From Microcoleus sp. (lineage in GTDB: Bacteria; Cyanobacteriota; Cyanobacteriia; Cyanobacteriales; Microcoleaceae), in NCBI GenBank assembly GCA_042408215.1, contig JAYFMW010000010.1, positions 64,001 through 128,000 of the forward strand: DNA of 64,000 nt. Direction: 5' to 3'. The position numbers and the translations under genes were made by a program. Position 1 is the stretch's first letter; each line of letters starts with the position of its first letter. The notes beneath the pieces are model-generated. The model did not search any database, had not been told where the DNA came from, and saw nothing but the letters and a program-made list of their open reading frames with translations. This document shows positions 26,940-36,703 of the stretch, piece by piece.

Positions 26940-28826
26940 TCAAGGAGTCCTAGATAGATTGTTACTAGGAAGATTGCTCACAGCCCGCTGGAGAGACGCC
27001 AGCGATCGGTTGTAACCAATAATTGCCAAAAGTCGGTTTCTTTCAGCCCTAGTCAAATCCGTTTCCGCCTGAATCACATCCGTCTGAGTGCCCACACCAG
27101 CTTGAAAGCGAAGTCTGGCCAAACGCAAAGCTTCCCTCGACTGCAAAACTCCCGCCTCAGAAGTTTCGATATTCTCAAAACTCGACTCCAAGCCAAAATA
27201 AGCTTGTTCCACTTCCCGGCGCACCTGGTTGCGGAGTTGGTCAAAGCGACTTTCGGCGATCGCAATATCAGCATCCCGCTGTTTCACCCTCGCCTTCGCC
27301 GCACCGCCGTCAAAGATACTCCAAGTCAGACTCGCCCGGATCGCATAGCCGTCCGCCCAGCCGCGAGCAGCAAAGGGGTTAGGATCATCAGGGTCTTGCC
27401 CCAGCACATTGTAACTACCGGAAACACTCAGTTGAGGCAAACGCCCGGCCAAAATCGATCGGCGCTGCTGCTTACTAATATCCCTCTGTACCAACTGCTG
27501 TTCCAACTCAGCACGATTCTTAAAAGCCTGCACGATACTCTCTTCCAGAGACATCTTCCAAGAGCCCGCTTGCTCCACCGGGTCTCCCGCCGTCAAATTC
27601 GACGACTGACTGACGTTCAATTCTTCAGCCAACTGACGCTGGCGGATTCGCTGGTCGCGGCGGGCATTTGCGAGCTGCTGCTGTTCATTAGCCAAATTTG
27701 CCTGAGCCTGTAACACTGCAAACCGGGTTCCCACCCCAGCCCGTTCCAAGGCTTCCGCATCCCGCAAACTTTGCTGAGCATTTCTCACCGAAGCTTGGCG
27801 GATAGCAACTTGTCCGTCTGCATCTTGCAGGTTGTAGTAAGCATCAGTCACATCAAAGCGGAGTTGCTCGGCTTGGCGTTCTACGTCGAGTTCCCGAAAG
27901 CGCAACTGTTCCCTGGCGGCGCGGATGTTAGCGAGCCGGCGGCCGAACAAATCAACGTCGTAGCTCAACTGCAAAGTGCTGTTGAGACTGTTACTGCCCA
28001 AATTTGGGCCTGCTTGGGTGGCTGGCTGTCCGGTTTGGCTGGCCTGAAAGTTGAGGTTGCGCTGCTGAGCCCGCACTCCTAGTTCTCCGCCGGCGCTCAC
28101 AGAGCGGCTCGCGTCCATTTGAAAATTGAGGTCTGGATACAAAGCTGCTTGTTGTTCCCGCAGGACCGATCGTGTCTGTTGCAATTGCAGATCGGCAATT
28201 TGCAAAGTTGGGCTGTTGCGACGCGCCTGGTCCACCGCCTGTTGTAAGGTAATTGCCTGAGTTTCCTCGATCCTGACATCATTTGGTTGAGTCGGGAACA
28301 ACAGCGGATTCGGGTTAGGTTCCAGGGTTCTCGGTGGCTTGGTTTCTAAAGTGCTGTTGGGAGGATTGGGCGGAAAACTTTCGATCGGCGTACCCCTAGT
28401 AGCTGGTGGGGAAATTGGAACTGGAATGATGTTGGGGCTCTTGGGGGAAGGTGCGCGCTGGGCGATCGAAGTTGGTGCTGGTTTCGCACTTTCAACTGCA
28501 ACTACTGGTTGCGATTTTTGAGCAGTTTCGGCATTAGAGCTTTGTTGCGGCGGATTACCTGTCGCGGAGTTTTGCTGAGACTGACTTGAGGGGGAAAGTG
28601 CGATCGACTCTGATGCTTGTTCTGGCGCTGTTTGCGGGTCTAATTTAACATTCTGCCCAACAGGGAGCTGATTACTTTCGGCCGAACTCTCCTGGGACTG
28701 AACCGGAGGCTGTGCTGAAGCACTCTGTCCCACATTGCCCAAAGTAATTGCAGCACCTACTCCCAATACCACGATTTGACGAAAAACACGCATAAATTTT
28801 AAATTATTCTGCAATTCTAGAGACAA
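26940..28826 (-). CDS. tolC: TolC-family outer membrane efflux protein (HgdD-like); true start may be 28793
   Basis: Signal peptide, P/S-rich linker, two OEP repeats, RFQAGVGTQTDV. Confidence 0.88.
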   Translation of the reverse strand: MSLELQNNLKFMRVFRQIVVLGVGAAITLGNVGQSASAQPPVQSQESSAESNQLPVGQNVKLDPQTAPEQASESIALSPSSQSQQNSATGNPPQQSSNAETAQKSQPVVAVESAKPAPTSIAQRAPSPKSPNIIPVPISPPATRGTPIESFPPNPPNSTLETKPPRTLEPNPNPLLFPTQPNDVRIEETQAITLQQAVDQARRNSPTLQIADLQLQQTRSVLREQQAALYPDLNFQMDASRSVSAGGELGVRAQQRNLNFQASQTGQPATQAGPNLGSNSLNSTLQLSYDVDLFGRRLANIRAAREQLRFRELDVERQAEQLRFDVTDAYYNLQDADGQVAIRQASVRNAQQSLRDAEALERAGVGTRFAVLQAQANLANEQQQLANARRDQRIRQRQLAEELNVSQSSNLTAGDPVEQAGSWKMSLEESIVQAFKNRAELEQQLVQRDISKQQRRSILAGRLPQLSVSGSYNVLGQDPDDPNPFAARGWADGYAIRASLTWSIFDGGAAKARVKQRDADIAIAESRFDQLRNQVRREVEQAYFGLESSFENIETSEAGVLQSREALRLARLRFQAGVGTQTDVIQAETDLTRAERNRLLAIIGYNRSLASLQRAVSNLPSNNLSRTP

Positions 28827-28930
28827 TTTTTAAGCAAGAGTGAAGTCTCTAATTTCCAGTCTAAACTCAGGTGTCCCAGGTCAGAATAACTCTCTTTTGG
28901 GACTTTTGAATTGAATCCTTGACTGAAAAT

Positions 28931-30319
28931 TCACGATCGCACCTCAGCATTCACGCGACCGATCGCCACTGAGATTAGTTCCTCCACTCCACTAACCGGG
29001 AAAATATCCGTTTTCAGGAGGCTAGCGAGCTCAAAGAGGGTCATGTCATCCAAAAAACGCGGTTCCCCCTGTTTTAGCATCACCGAGGGCAGCAAGATGC
29101 CATCTCCCAAGTCTAGTCCCTGCAAAGCTTCGAGCAAGTCTTGTCCAGTCAGCAAACCAGTGACAGTAATATTCTGTCCCCAATAGCGACTGGACAATGC
29201 TACCATCTTAACTTCTAAGCCGGGTATTTGATTGAGTTTATGGGCGATCGGCTCAAAAGCTTTTTCCACAGCATTTCCCACCACCCAAATTAATTTTTTC
29301 GGCGGATTAACCTGCGTCGGTTGCAGTTTAGCGAAAGCCGTTTCAAACTGTTGGATAAATTGGCGAATCGAACCCACACCGTTACCAATTTGGGGATAAT
29401 CTTCATAGTCGGAGGCGATCGGCAAATCTAAACCTGCGATTAAAAACCATTCATCAGCCAGCCAAATACAACGCGATTTTGAACTCTGTTTTTTCCGTTT
29501 CTTTTCTCCGGCCGGTTTACCCGTTAATAATACTTGAATTTTCTGCACTTGCGCGATTACTTCCCGCGCTTTTTCCGGTGTGACTGCGATTAGTTCATCT
29601 TCCGCTGGGCGAAAGCGAGTTAAACCCACTGGTACTACAGCTACCGATGCGACGGCGGGGATATTTCCTGTATGAAACTTTGCCAAATCTAACAAAGTGC
29701 GTTCTAAATGTTCGCCGTCATTAATACCTGGACAAACAACAACTTGAGCGTGAATTTGTAGGCGGCGTTCTTGAAACCATTTGATTTGTTCTAAAATCTT
29801 CCCAGCCCGCAGATTTTTCAGCAACCGAATTCGCACTTCCGGTTCCGTAGCGTGCACGGAAACATAGAGAGGAGAAAGCCGCATTTGTTCGATTCTGTCC
29901 CACTCTTTTTGAGTCAGATTTGTGAGAGTGAGATAGCTACCATAGAGAAAACTTAGCCGATAGTCATCGTCCTTGAGATAGAGAGTTTCGCGCTTTCCCG
30001 GTGGCTGTTGGTCAATGAAGCAGAAAGGACAGCGATTGTTGCACTGAATTAGCCCGTCAAAAAGAGCGGTTTCAAATTCTAAACCTAAGTCTTCGTCGGA
30101 CTCTTTTTCTATTTCTAACTTGTGGGTTTTGCCTTTGGTGTCTAATACTTCTAGTTCGAGAAATTCATCGGCGCACAGGAATTGATAGTCGATCAAGTCG
30201 CGGGGTTTTTGGCCGTTGATGGCGACGATTGAGTCACCGGCTTCAAATCCGATTTCGGCGCAGATGCTGTCGGGGATGACTTTGGTGATGAGGGCTGGAC
30301 TTGTTGATAATTCGCTCAT
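28931..30319 (-). CDS. PDZ plus radical-SAM-like Fe-S oxidoreductase (TIGR03279/DUF512 type)
   Basis: N-terminal PDZ-like region, CNNRCPFCFIDQ, KDDDYRLSFL, NGVG, VTGLLTG. Confidence 0.88.
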   Translation of the reverse strand: MSELSTSPALITKVIPDSICAEIGFEAGDSIVAINGQKPRDLIDYQFLCADEFLELEVLDTKGKTHKLEIEKESDEDLGLEFETALFDGLIQCNNRCPFCFIDQQPPGKRETLYLKDDDYRLSFLYGSYLTLTNLTQKEWDRIEQMRLSPLYVSVHATEPEVRIRLLKNLRAGKILEQIKWFQERRLQIHAQVVVCPGINDGEHLERTLLDLAKFHTGNIPAVASVAVVPVGLTRFRPAEDELIAVTPEKAREVIAQVQKIQVLLTGKPAGEKKRKKQSSKSRCIWLADEWFLIAGLDLPIASDYEDYPQIGNGVGSIRQFIQQFETAFAKLQPTQVNPPKKLIWVVGNAVEKAFEPIAHKLNQIPGLEVKMVALSSRYWGQNITVTGLLTGQDLLEALQGLDLGDGILLPSVMLKQGEPRFLDDMTLFELASLLKTDIFPVSGVEELISVAIGRVNAEVRS

Positions 30320-30320
30320 A

Positions 30321-30376
30321 GTTATGGGTTATGGGTTATGGGTTATGGGTTATGGGTTATGGGTTATTGGTTATTA
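30321..30376. repeat. STRR (TTATGGG)n
   Basis: ~7 copies. Confidence 0.9.
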
Positions 30377-30422
30377 CTGGTAGTCTGCTACACTTATTTT
30401 GAGCTGATTGATACTCCCCACT

Positions 30423-30755
30423 CTAATATATTTTCTCTGCACGCCCTCCTGCAATCCGCACCTCAAAAGTTATTCCTGGTAGCTGAGGCTGCCATCCAAG
30501 CTGCACTGCTTGTTGTATCCATTGTGCTGCATCAGAGGGTGTTACTGGTTTCACTTCGTTAGTTGGACCCCAACCTTGAGGATGAGGTCGATCGGTGAGG
30601 ATAACTAACACCGAGCCTGGTTTTTCAGCGTGTTCGACAGCAATATGAAGATTCCCGCAGTTTTCTTGCGTATAAGTAGCTTGTCTTCGGATTAGCCAGA
30701 GGAAAGGTTCCCCATCAACAATTATTTTTCTGGTTCCTTTTTTCGGTATTGACAT
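30423..30755 (-). CDS. Hypothetical protein
   Basis: 110-aa ORF (MSIPKKGTRKIIVDG..AVQLGWQP) co-oriented with its neighbours. Confidence 0.65.
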   Translation of the reverse strand: MSIPKKGTRKIIVDGEPFLWLIRRQATYTQENCGNLHIAVEHAEKPGSVLVILTDRPHPQGWGPTNEVKPVTPSDAAQWIQQAVQLGWQPQLPGITFEVRIAGGRAEKIY

Positions 30756-30770
30756 AGTTTGCTAAGCTCG

Positions 30771-31124
30771 TTAGCGTAAAGGTAAAAATCGCACTTGTCC
30801 TTCCCATTCTCCTTCCAGACTGCACTCAGCAATTAGCAAAATTTCCTCGATCGCCAAACCTACTGCAACAAGGCGGCTGACTTCAAATAACCCAGGCATC
30901 GCAAGGCCTGCTTGCATTCGCTCGTAGGCGAAGTTTGTCATCGTTGCTACATCGTGAGTTAGTACGACGCGCCCTTGCAGCGCGGCCCATTCTAAGACTT
31001 TTGGGTCGTCTGCTTCGATCAACCCCATATCTTGAACGCGGACAATATCAACGTCGGGATTCCGCCGCAGAATACCCCGGACAATCTGATTGTTAAAGTT
31101 CTCGTATGCCAAGAATCGCAGCAT
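30771..31124 (-). CDS. DUF5615 PIN-like toxin (VapC45-like)
   Basis: MLRFLAxENFNN, DIVRVQD, DDPKVLEWA, VLTHD. Confidence 0.8.
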   Translation of the reverse strand: MLRFLAYENFNNQIVRGILRRNPDVDIVRVQDMGLIEADDPKVLEWAALQGRVVLTHDVATMTNFAYERMQAGLAMPGLFEVSRLVAVGLAIEEILLIAECSLEGEWEGQVRFLPLR

Positions 31125-31130
31125 ATAAAA

Positions 31131-31463
31131 CTACCCTTTTTGGTTGCGTCTTGCTAATAAGCGATCGCGTATTCCAACTGGGTTAAAACGCCTTTCTGCT
31201 TCCTGCTGAACTTCTGCGGCAAGACGTTGACGTTCCATCAGATAAGTGTCAACTTCGGATTGGTGTCGCAAGTAGTAGCCGATCGCAAAATAAATATCGG
31301 AAAGTTGAAGAGACGGGTACTGTTCCCGGATTTCTTCTGCTGTCGCTCCTTCAAGAAAAGCTGTAATAACTGTATCTAGGGTGACGCGGGTTCTGCTAAC
31401 GCGGATCGCACCGTTTGCATCAGCCACAAGCGGAATTAGTTCAGCCGTAGGAACAAGTAGCAT
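31131..31463 (-). CDS. DUF433 antitoxin
   Basis: RVSRTRVTLDTVI..GATAEEI..QYPSL.LSDIY.AI.YYL. Confidence 0.85.
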   Translation of the reverse strand: MLLVPTAELIPLVADANGAIRVSRTRVTLDTVITAFLEGATAEEIREQYPSLQLSDIYFAIGYYLRHQSEVDTYLMERQRLAAEVQQEAERRFNPVGIRDRLLARRNQKG

Positions 31464-31599
31464 TTTGAGATTGATGGCAGTGTTAGTTTTCTCTCTTCAG
31501 CATAGCAGTCTGCTAAGCTCGATCGCCCTTAGCATCAGGATAAGTTCCAGGTTGCGAATTTAGCTGAGCTGTGACAGAATATATCAAAAATTTCTATTT

Positions 31600-32133
31600 A
31601 TGAAATTCAAAATCTTGACGGGACTCCTGACAGGGTTAGTTATTTCTGCTAGCACGAGTGCGCTATTTTGTCAACCCAGCCGTGCGGGAAATAATAGCTT
31701 TTTTTGCGCTACTCTCAACAGACAGCCTGTCACCTTGGTTCGCACCCCACGGGGGAATGTGCCCCTCGTCCGCTGGACTTCTAACAACTATTTTCCGCCA
31801 CCGTGGACTGCTCAAAAACGCTGCGAAGAGGTGGGTCGAAGATTTCAGCGCAACTACGACAACGGTACTCTCAAATATATTAACACTGGGACTCTGAACG
31901 GAGAACCTGTGGTATGTGCTGCTGTTAACAAAGACGATGCTTGTACGAATAGGACTTTGCTATTCACTCTCAAGCGGGGGAGTGATGCTGATGCTACTTT
32001 GAAAAAATTGATGGATCGTCGCGGGTTGGCTTCTGGATATGTACTATCTGAAACTGGGCCTGGTTCTGTTGATGTGGATAGATATCTGGAGGAGACACCG
32101 GTTGAGGAAAATGTTTCTCCTATTTCTCCCTAG
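31600..32133 (+). CDS. COP23-domain secreted protein
   Basis: Signal peptide, FFC..P.T..T.RG.VP.VRW, RC.EV..RFQ, L.YI.TG..NG.PVVCA, LLFTLK. Confidence 0.85.
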   Translation: MKFKILTGLLTGLVISASTSALFCQPSRAGNNSFFCATLNRQPVTLVRTPRGNVPLVRWTSNNYFPPPWTAQKRCEEVGRRFQRNYDNGTLKYINTGTLNGEPVVCAAVNKDDACTNRTLLFTLKRGSDADATLKKLMDRRGLASGYVLSETGPGSVDVDRYLEETPVEENVSPISP

Positions 32134-32166
32134 GCGATTTGTATTCATTATGGGCGATCGATTCCC

Positions 32167-32786
32167 CTAGCGCGTGTTTTGAAACCCGGAGATCCCCCCT
32201 AGCCCCCCTTAAGAAGGGGGGGACAAGAGAGCATTCAAAGTCACCCCCTACTCCCCTTCTTAAGGGGGATTTAGGGCGATCGAACCCTGGATAAAAACGA
32301 TAAAAACACAAAAAACTCAAAGTCACCCCCTACTCCCCTTCTTAAGGGGGATTTAGGGCGATCGAACCCTGGATAAAAACGATAAAAACACAAAAAACTC
32401 AAAGTCACCCCCTACTCCCCTTCTTAAGGGGGATTTAGGGCGATCGAACCCTGGATAAAAACGATAAAAACACAAAAAACTCAAAGTCACCCCCTACTCC
32501 CCTTCTTAAGGGGGATTTAGGGGGATCGAAACTTCGATACAAACGAGAGAAACCCAAGAAAACTCAAAGTCACCCCCTACTCCCCTTCTTAAGGGGGATT
32601 TAGGGGGATCGAAACTTCGATACAAACGACGAAACCCAAGAAAACTCAAAGTCACCCCCTACTCCCCTTCTTAAGGGGGATTTAGGGAGATCGAAACTTG
32701 GACACAAACGATAGAAACCCAGGAAAACTCAAAGTCCCCCTTCTTAAGGGGGATTTAGGGGGATCGAACCCTCGATACCAACGAGA
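32167..32786. repeat. CCCCCTTCTTAAGGGGG palindromic element amplified into 7 tandem ~82-bp units
   Basis: AAAGTC unit starts at 32237, 32319, 32401, 32483, 32566, 32648 and 32731; single-unit relative at 39777-39915. Confidence 0.9.
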
Positions 32787-32846
32787 TTTCCGAAAGTACA
32801 AATTAAATTAAGCTCAACTCATCTCTTCCATTCACCAATAAAATCA

Positions 32847-34376
32847 ATGAACTTCTCTAACAAAATTCCCATCGCCTTAATCGGTACAATTGCAACTATT
32901 GTCATCGCCCAACCAACCGCAGTTTTCGCAATATCTGCTGATGAAGTTGGCAAAATAGCTAAATCAATCACAGTCCTGATTGACAGTAAAAATCCCGGTT
33001 CTGGAATCATCATCAAACGGAATGGCAACACTTACACCGTGCTCACAGCCCGTCATGTTTTCAAAGATCCTCAAGCTAAATATGAGATTGTCACGCCTGA
33101 TAATCAGCGCTATTTGCTCAATTATAGCAGCGTGAAAAAACTGCCAAATATTGACTTGGCTGTTGTCGAGTTTACCAGCAGTCAAACCTACAGTGTGGCG
33201 AAGATTGGTGACTCGGATTTGGCGACAGAAGGGAAAGCGGCTTATGTGGCAGGGTTTCCGAAGACTTCAGCGGCGATTAATACTTCGATTTACAATTTCA
33301 CCGATGGGCGGATTACTGCTAATGCTTCTCGACCTTTAGAAGATGGTTATGCGTTGGTGTATAGTAACAATACGCTGCCGGGAATGAGCGGGGGGCCGGT
33401 GTTGAATGAGAATGGTGAGGTGGTGGGAATTCACGGGAGGGCGGATACGAGGGCGGCGGAATCTAGCAGTATTAATCAGGATATTCAAATTGCGAAGACT
33501 GGTTTTAATCTGGGGATTCCGATTAATACGAGTTTGAGATTGTTGGCTTCGTCTCAAGTGGATTTAGGGGTGAAGGTTCCGAGTGCGCCTGTGGCGACTG
33601 GGCCGAAAGCTGATGATTTTTATATTCAGGGTGGGGATAAGTATGAAAAAGGAGATTATCAGGGTGCTTTGGCGGCTTACGACCAAGCTTTACGAATTAA
33701 TCCTAATTATGCCAAGGCCTACTTCACTCGGGGTGCTACCCGCTATAATTTAGGAGACAGCCAAGGTGCGATCGCCGATTACAACCAAGCTTTGCAAATT
33801 AATCCTAACGATGCCTATGCCTACACTAACCGGGGAGCTGCCCGCTCTAACTTAGGAGATAAGCAGGGTGCTATAGCCGATTACAATGAAGCTTTGCGAG
33901 TTAATCCTAATTTTTTCCTAGCCTACAATAACAGGGGTGTCGTACGCTATGTTTTAGGAGATAAGCAGCGAGCGATCGCCGATTTCAACCAAGCCCTGAA
34001 AATTAACCCTAACTTTGCGAATGCCTACATCGGTCGAGGAAATGCCCGCGATGACTTAGGAGATAAGCAGGGAGCGATCGCCGATTTTAACCAAGCCCTG
34101 AAAATTAACCCTAACTCTGTTGATGCCTACGGCAGCCGGGCTGCGGTCCGCCTCAAATTAGGAGACAAGCAGGGCGCGATTGCCGATTGCAACCAAGCCC
34201 TGAAAATTGACCCTAACAATGCTGGTGTCTACGCGCTCCGCGGTGGAGCCCGCTATGGCTTAGGAGACAAGCAGGGTACAATTCAAGACTTGCAAAAAGC
34301 AGCAGAATTATTTCAACAGCAAGGAGATCGAGAAAGCTATCAAAAAGTCCTTAACACTCTTAGGAAACTTCAGTAA
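32847..34376 (+). CDS. Secreted trypsin-like (S1) serine protease with TPR repeats
   Basis: Signal peptide; catalytic triad TARH / DLA / GMSGGP; ~7 TPRs. Confidence 0.9.
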   Translation: MNFSNKIPIALIGTIATIVIAQPTAVFAISADEVGKIAKSITVLIDSKNPGSGIIIKRNGNTYTVLTARHVFKDPQAKYEIVTPDNQRYLLNYSSVKKLPNIDLAVVEFTSSQTYSVAKIGDSDLATEGKAAYVAGFPKTSAAINTSIYNFTDGRITANASRPLEDGYALVYSNNTLPGMSGGPVLNENGEVVGIHGRADTRAAESSSINQDIQIAKTGFNLGIPINTSLRLLASSQVDLGVKVPSAPVATGPKADDFYIQGGDKYEKGDYQGALAAYDQALRINPNYAKAYFTRGATRYNLGDSQGAIADYNQALQINPNDAYAYTNRGAARSNLGDKQGAIADYNEALRVNPNFFLAYNNRGVVRYVLGDKQRAIADFNQALKINPNFANAYIGRGNARDDLGDKQGAIADFNQALKINPNSVDAYGSRAAVRLKLGDKQGAIADCNQALKIDPNNAGVYALRGGARYGLGDKQGTIQDLQKAAELFQQQGDRESYQKVLNTLRKLQ

Positions 34377-34721
34377 ACTGCAACAAATTCCCAAAGATCC
34401 AGCGCATTACTAACCGCTAATAGATCATTAATACCTGGTAAATCCTCTGCCCTTCCCTCTGACGGAAGTCTGTACGAGCAACATACCTTTCAAGGTCGTG
34501 CTGGTCAATCAGTTACAATTACCTTAGAAAGCCGTGATTTTGATACTTACGTCGCCATTTTTAGCCCTGATGGAAAACTGTTAGCAAAAAATGACGACAT
34601 CAGCAAATCAAGTTCCAATTCTGGCCTCACCGTCACCTTACCCGCCAGCGGTCGCTATCGCGTGATTGTCAATGCTTATAAAAAAGGCGAAGGAGGCCGA
34701 TACACTTTGACAGTCCGCTAG
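34377..34721 (+). pseudogene. PPC (pre-peptidase C-terminal) domain in frame behind the protease stop codon
   Basis: 114 open codons without ATG: ..DGSLYEQHTFQGRAGQSVTITLESRDFDTYVAIFSPDGKLLAKNDD..LPASGRYRVIVNAY..GRYTLTVR*. Confidence 0.8.
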
Positions 34722-34734
34722 TACAAATTACATA

Positions 34735-35008
34735 CAGACTTTGCAACGACCAAAGAAACCGGGTTTTTTACCGAATCTGCGAGTAACAACCAAGTATTTT
34801 CGGAAAAACCCGGTTTCTGAGCCCCCAAAACTCTCAAAGAAACCGGGTTTTTTACCGAATCTGTGGGTAACAACGAAGTATTTTCGTAAAAACCCGGTTT
34901 CTGAGCCCCCAAAACTCTCAAAGAAACCGGGTTTTTTACCGAATCTGTGGGTAACAACGAAGTATTTTCGTAAAAACCCGGTTTCTGAACCCTCATGCGT
35001 AAGTCCTA
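34735..35008. repeat. Three tandem ~84-bp copies of the AAACCGGGTTTTTT palindromic element
   Basis: Direct repeats visible; ends in TGCGTAAGTCCT. Confidence 0.88.
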
Positions 35009-35063
35009 ATTCTGTAACTTTCGCGTCCAATCTCACCATAATCTGACAACTGCCTCAATAAAT

Positions 35064-36524
35064 TTATTTGCTGTCTTGAACTTCCAGCGACTTAATCATC
35101 TTCTCAACAACCGGCAAAAACTGCTCGTACTTCCCCGCTTCCGCCTCATAGGTAATCAAATAAGCCTTGTCATGTTTCATCGTCCAAATATTCAACTTTT
35201 TCAACTCTCGATTCCCGTCTTTGGTTGTATAAACAACTCTATACCCATTTTTGCCTGCCAGAGTAGATGCACCCTCTTGAGCTATCTTAGCATTTTTATC
35301 TAACTTCAGTATTTCTTCTTTAGATAACTTCGTATATTCATCAAGGGTTTTATTATTCGTCGTAGGTTCAACTGTCACAATCAGCCGTTCTTGAAATTTA
35401 TCGCCCTCGTTTTCTTTCGATGAAATAAATTGAACCACCTCTTTAGTAATGGGGTTAGACTCTTCTTGTTTGTCCCAATTATCGGGATATTTGATTTTAA
35501 TGCCTTGGGCTGTATTGTCATAACTTGCCAGATTATCCGCAGCCTCCAATCCCACCATTTTTCTAATTTCTGGTGTCAATAATGCTGCTACACCAAATAT
35601 GGCAGCCAAACAAAGCCCCGCCAAACCAATTTTATGATCTCGTGTCCAGTTACTCATTAATGTCAATAAGTTAGGAGATGATACTACAGTAGAAGATGGT
35701 CGAATTCTCCTCAAATTGTTGAAAGCTTGCAACACCTCTGCGGCTGACTGGTAGCGATCGCGAAAATGATAGCGCACCATTTTGTTTAAAATATTAGCAA
35801 AACCATCGCTAACTTGAGCCCGATCGCGCCAAACAATTTCACCATTAGCATCCTTTGGCAACTCGTGAGGAAGTACGCCCGTCAGCCATTCAATCCCAGT
35901 CATTCCCACAGCATAGATATCGCTGCCAAAGTTAGGATGTCCGTTGTTTTGTTCCGCTGGCGTATAACCATTTGTACCGATGCCAATAGTCGGCGGTATT
36001 TGCCCTGTGGTGTTAACTATGTGAGTGCTAATTTGTTTGACCGCCCCAAAGTCAATTAAGAATATTTTGCGATCGGAATTGCGCCTCATTAAATTAGCAG
36101 GTTTAATATCCCGGTGGATGACTTTGTGCTGCTGAACAAACACCAATATTTCGATTATCTCCTGCAAAATAGCCACAACTTCCGACTCGCTAAGCCGCTG
36201 GCCAGGGGTAATTTCTTTACTTAAATCTATCCCCTCAATCAACTCCTGAACTAAATAAAATTCCTGATTTTCCTCAAAGTGATCCAAAAGTTCGGGAATC
36301 TGACGATAAGTGCCTAGATTGTGGAGGGTGTCTGTTTCTGTTTTAAATAAACGTCTAGCTATACTTAGAGTTTGTGGATCGGTAGATTGGGGCTTGAGTT
36401 GCTTCACGACACACCGAAGATTACCCGATCGCCTTTGATCTTCAGCCAGGTAAGTCTGACCGAAGCCACCGCCTCCCAAGTGTTTTATGATGTAGTAGCG
36501 TCCTTCGAGTGTTTTTCCTTGCAT
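35064..36524 (-). CDS. Membrane Ser/Thr protein kinase with an extracytoplasmic PsbP/DUF1795-like domain
   Basis: LGGGGFG, VVKQL, HRDIKPAN, DFG, TM helix, then IKYPDNW..LAGKNGY..AYLITY..MIKSL. Confidence 0.9.
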   Translation of the reverse strand: MQGKTLEGRYYIIKHLGGGGFGQTYLAEDQRRSGNLRCVVKQLKPQSTDPQTLSIARRLFKTETDTLHNLGTYRQIPELLDHFEENQEFYLVQELIEGIDLSKEITPGQRLSESEVVAILQEIIEILVFVQQHKVIHRDIKPANLMRRNSDRKIFLIDFGAVKQISTHIVNTTGQIPPTIGIGTNGYTPAEQNNGHPNFGSDIYAVGMTGIEWLTGVLPHELPKDANGEIVWRDRAQVSDGFANILNKMVRYHFRDRYQSAAEVLQAFNNLRRIRPSSTVVSSPNLLTLMSNWTRDHKIGLAGLCLAAIFGVAALLTPEIRKMVGLEAADNLASYDNTAQGIKIKYPDNWDKQEESNPITKEVVQFISSKENEGDKFQERLIVTVEPTTNNKTLDEYTKLSKEEILKLDKNAKIAQEGASTLAGKNGYRVVYTTKDGNRELKKLNIWTMKHDKAYLITYEAEAGKYEQFLPVVEKMIKSLEVQDSK

Positions 36525-36703
36525 GATATTTATGTTGGCTAGCAGTAGTGTGCTGGCGGAACTATTGATAGTTTAGTTTAGTTCGGGAAACCTGTCATCT
36601 TTAACGGCTAGGTTGAGACTATCTCAATTTGGTAGGGTATTTTTGTCAAAAAAACTAAAAGTACGATCGCCCCCAACATTCTCAAAGGCGCGATCGTACA
36701 AAA

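Noticed and set aside
32237..32786. Possible second CRISPR array
   Set aside because: The ~82-bp units are identical or near-identical along their whole length, with no unique spacers.
34718..35046. ORFs with KKPGF/KNPVS repeats, or a mini-CRISPR
   Set aside because: Tandem copies of a dispersed palindromic repeat; the intervening sequences are not unique.
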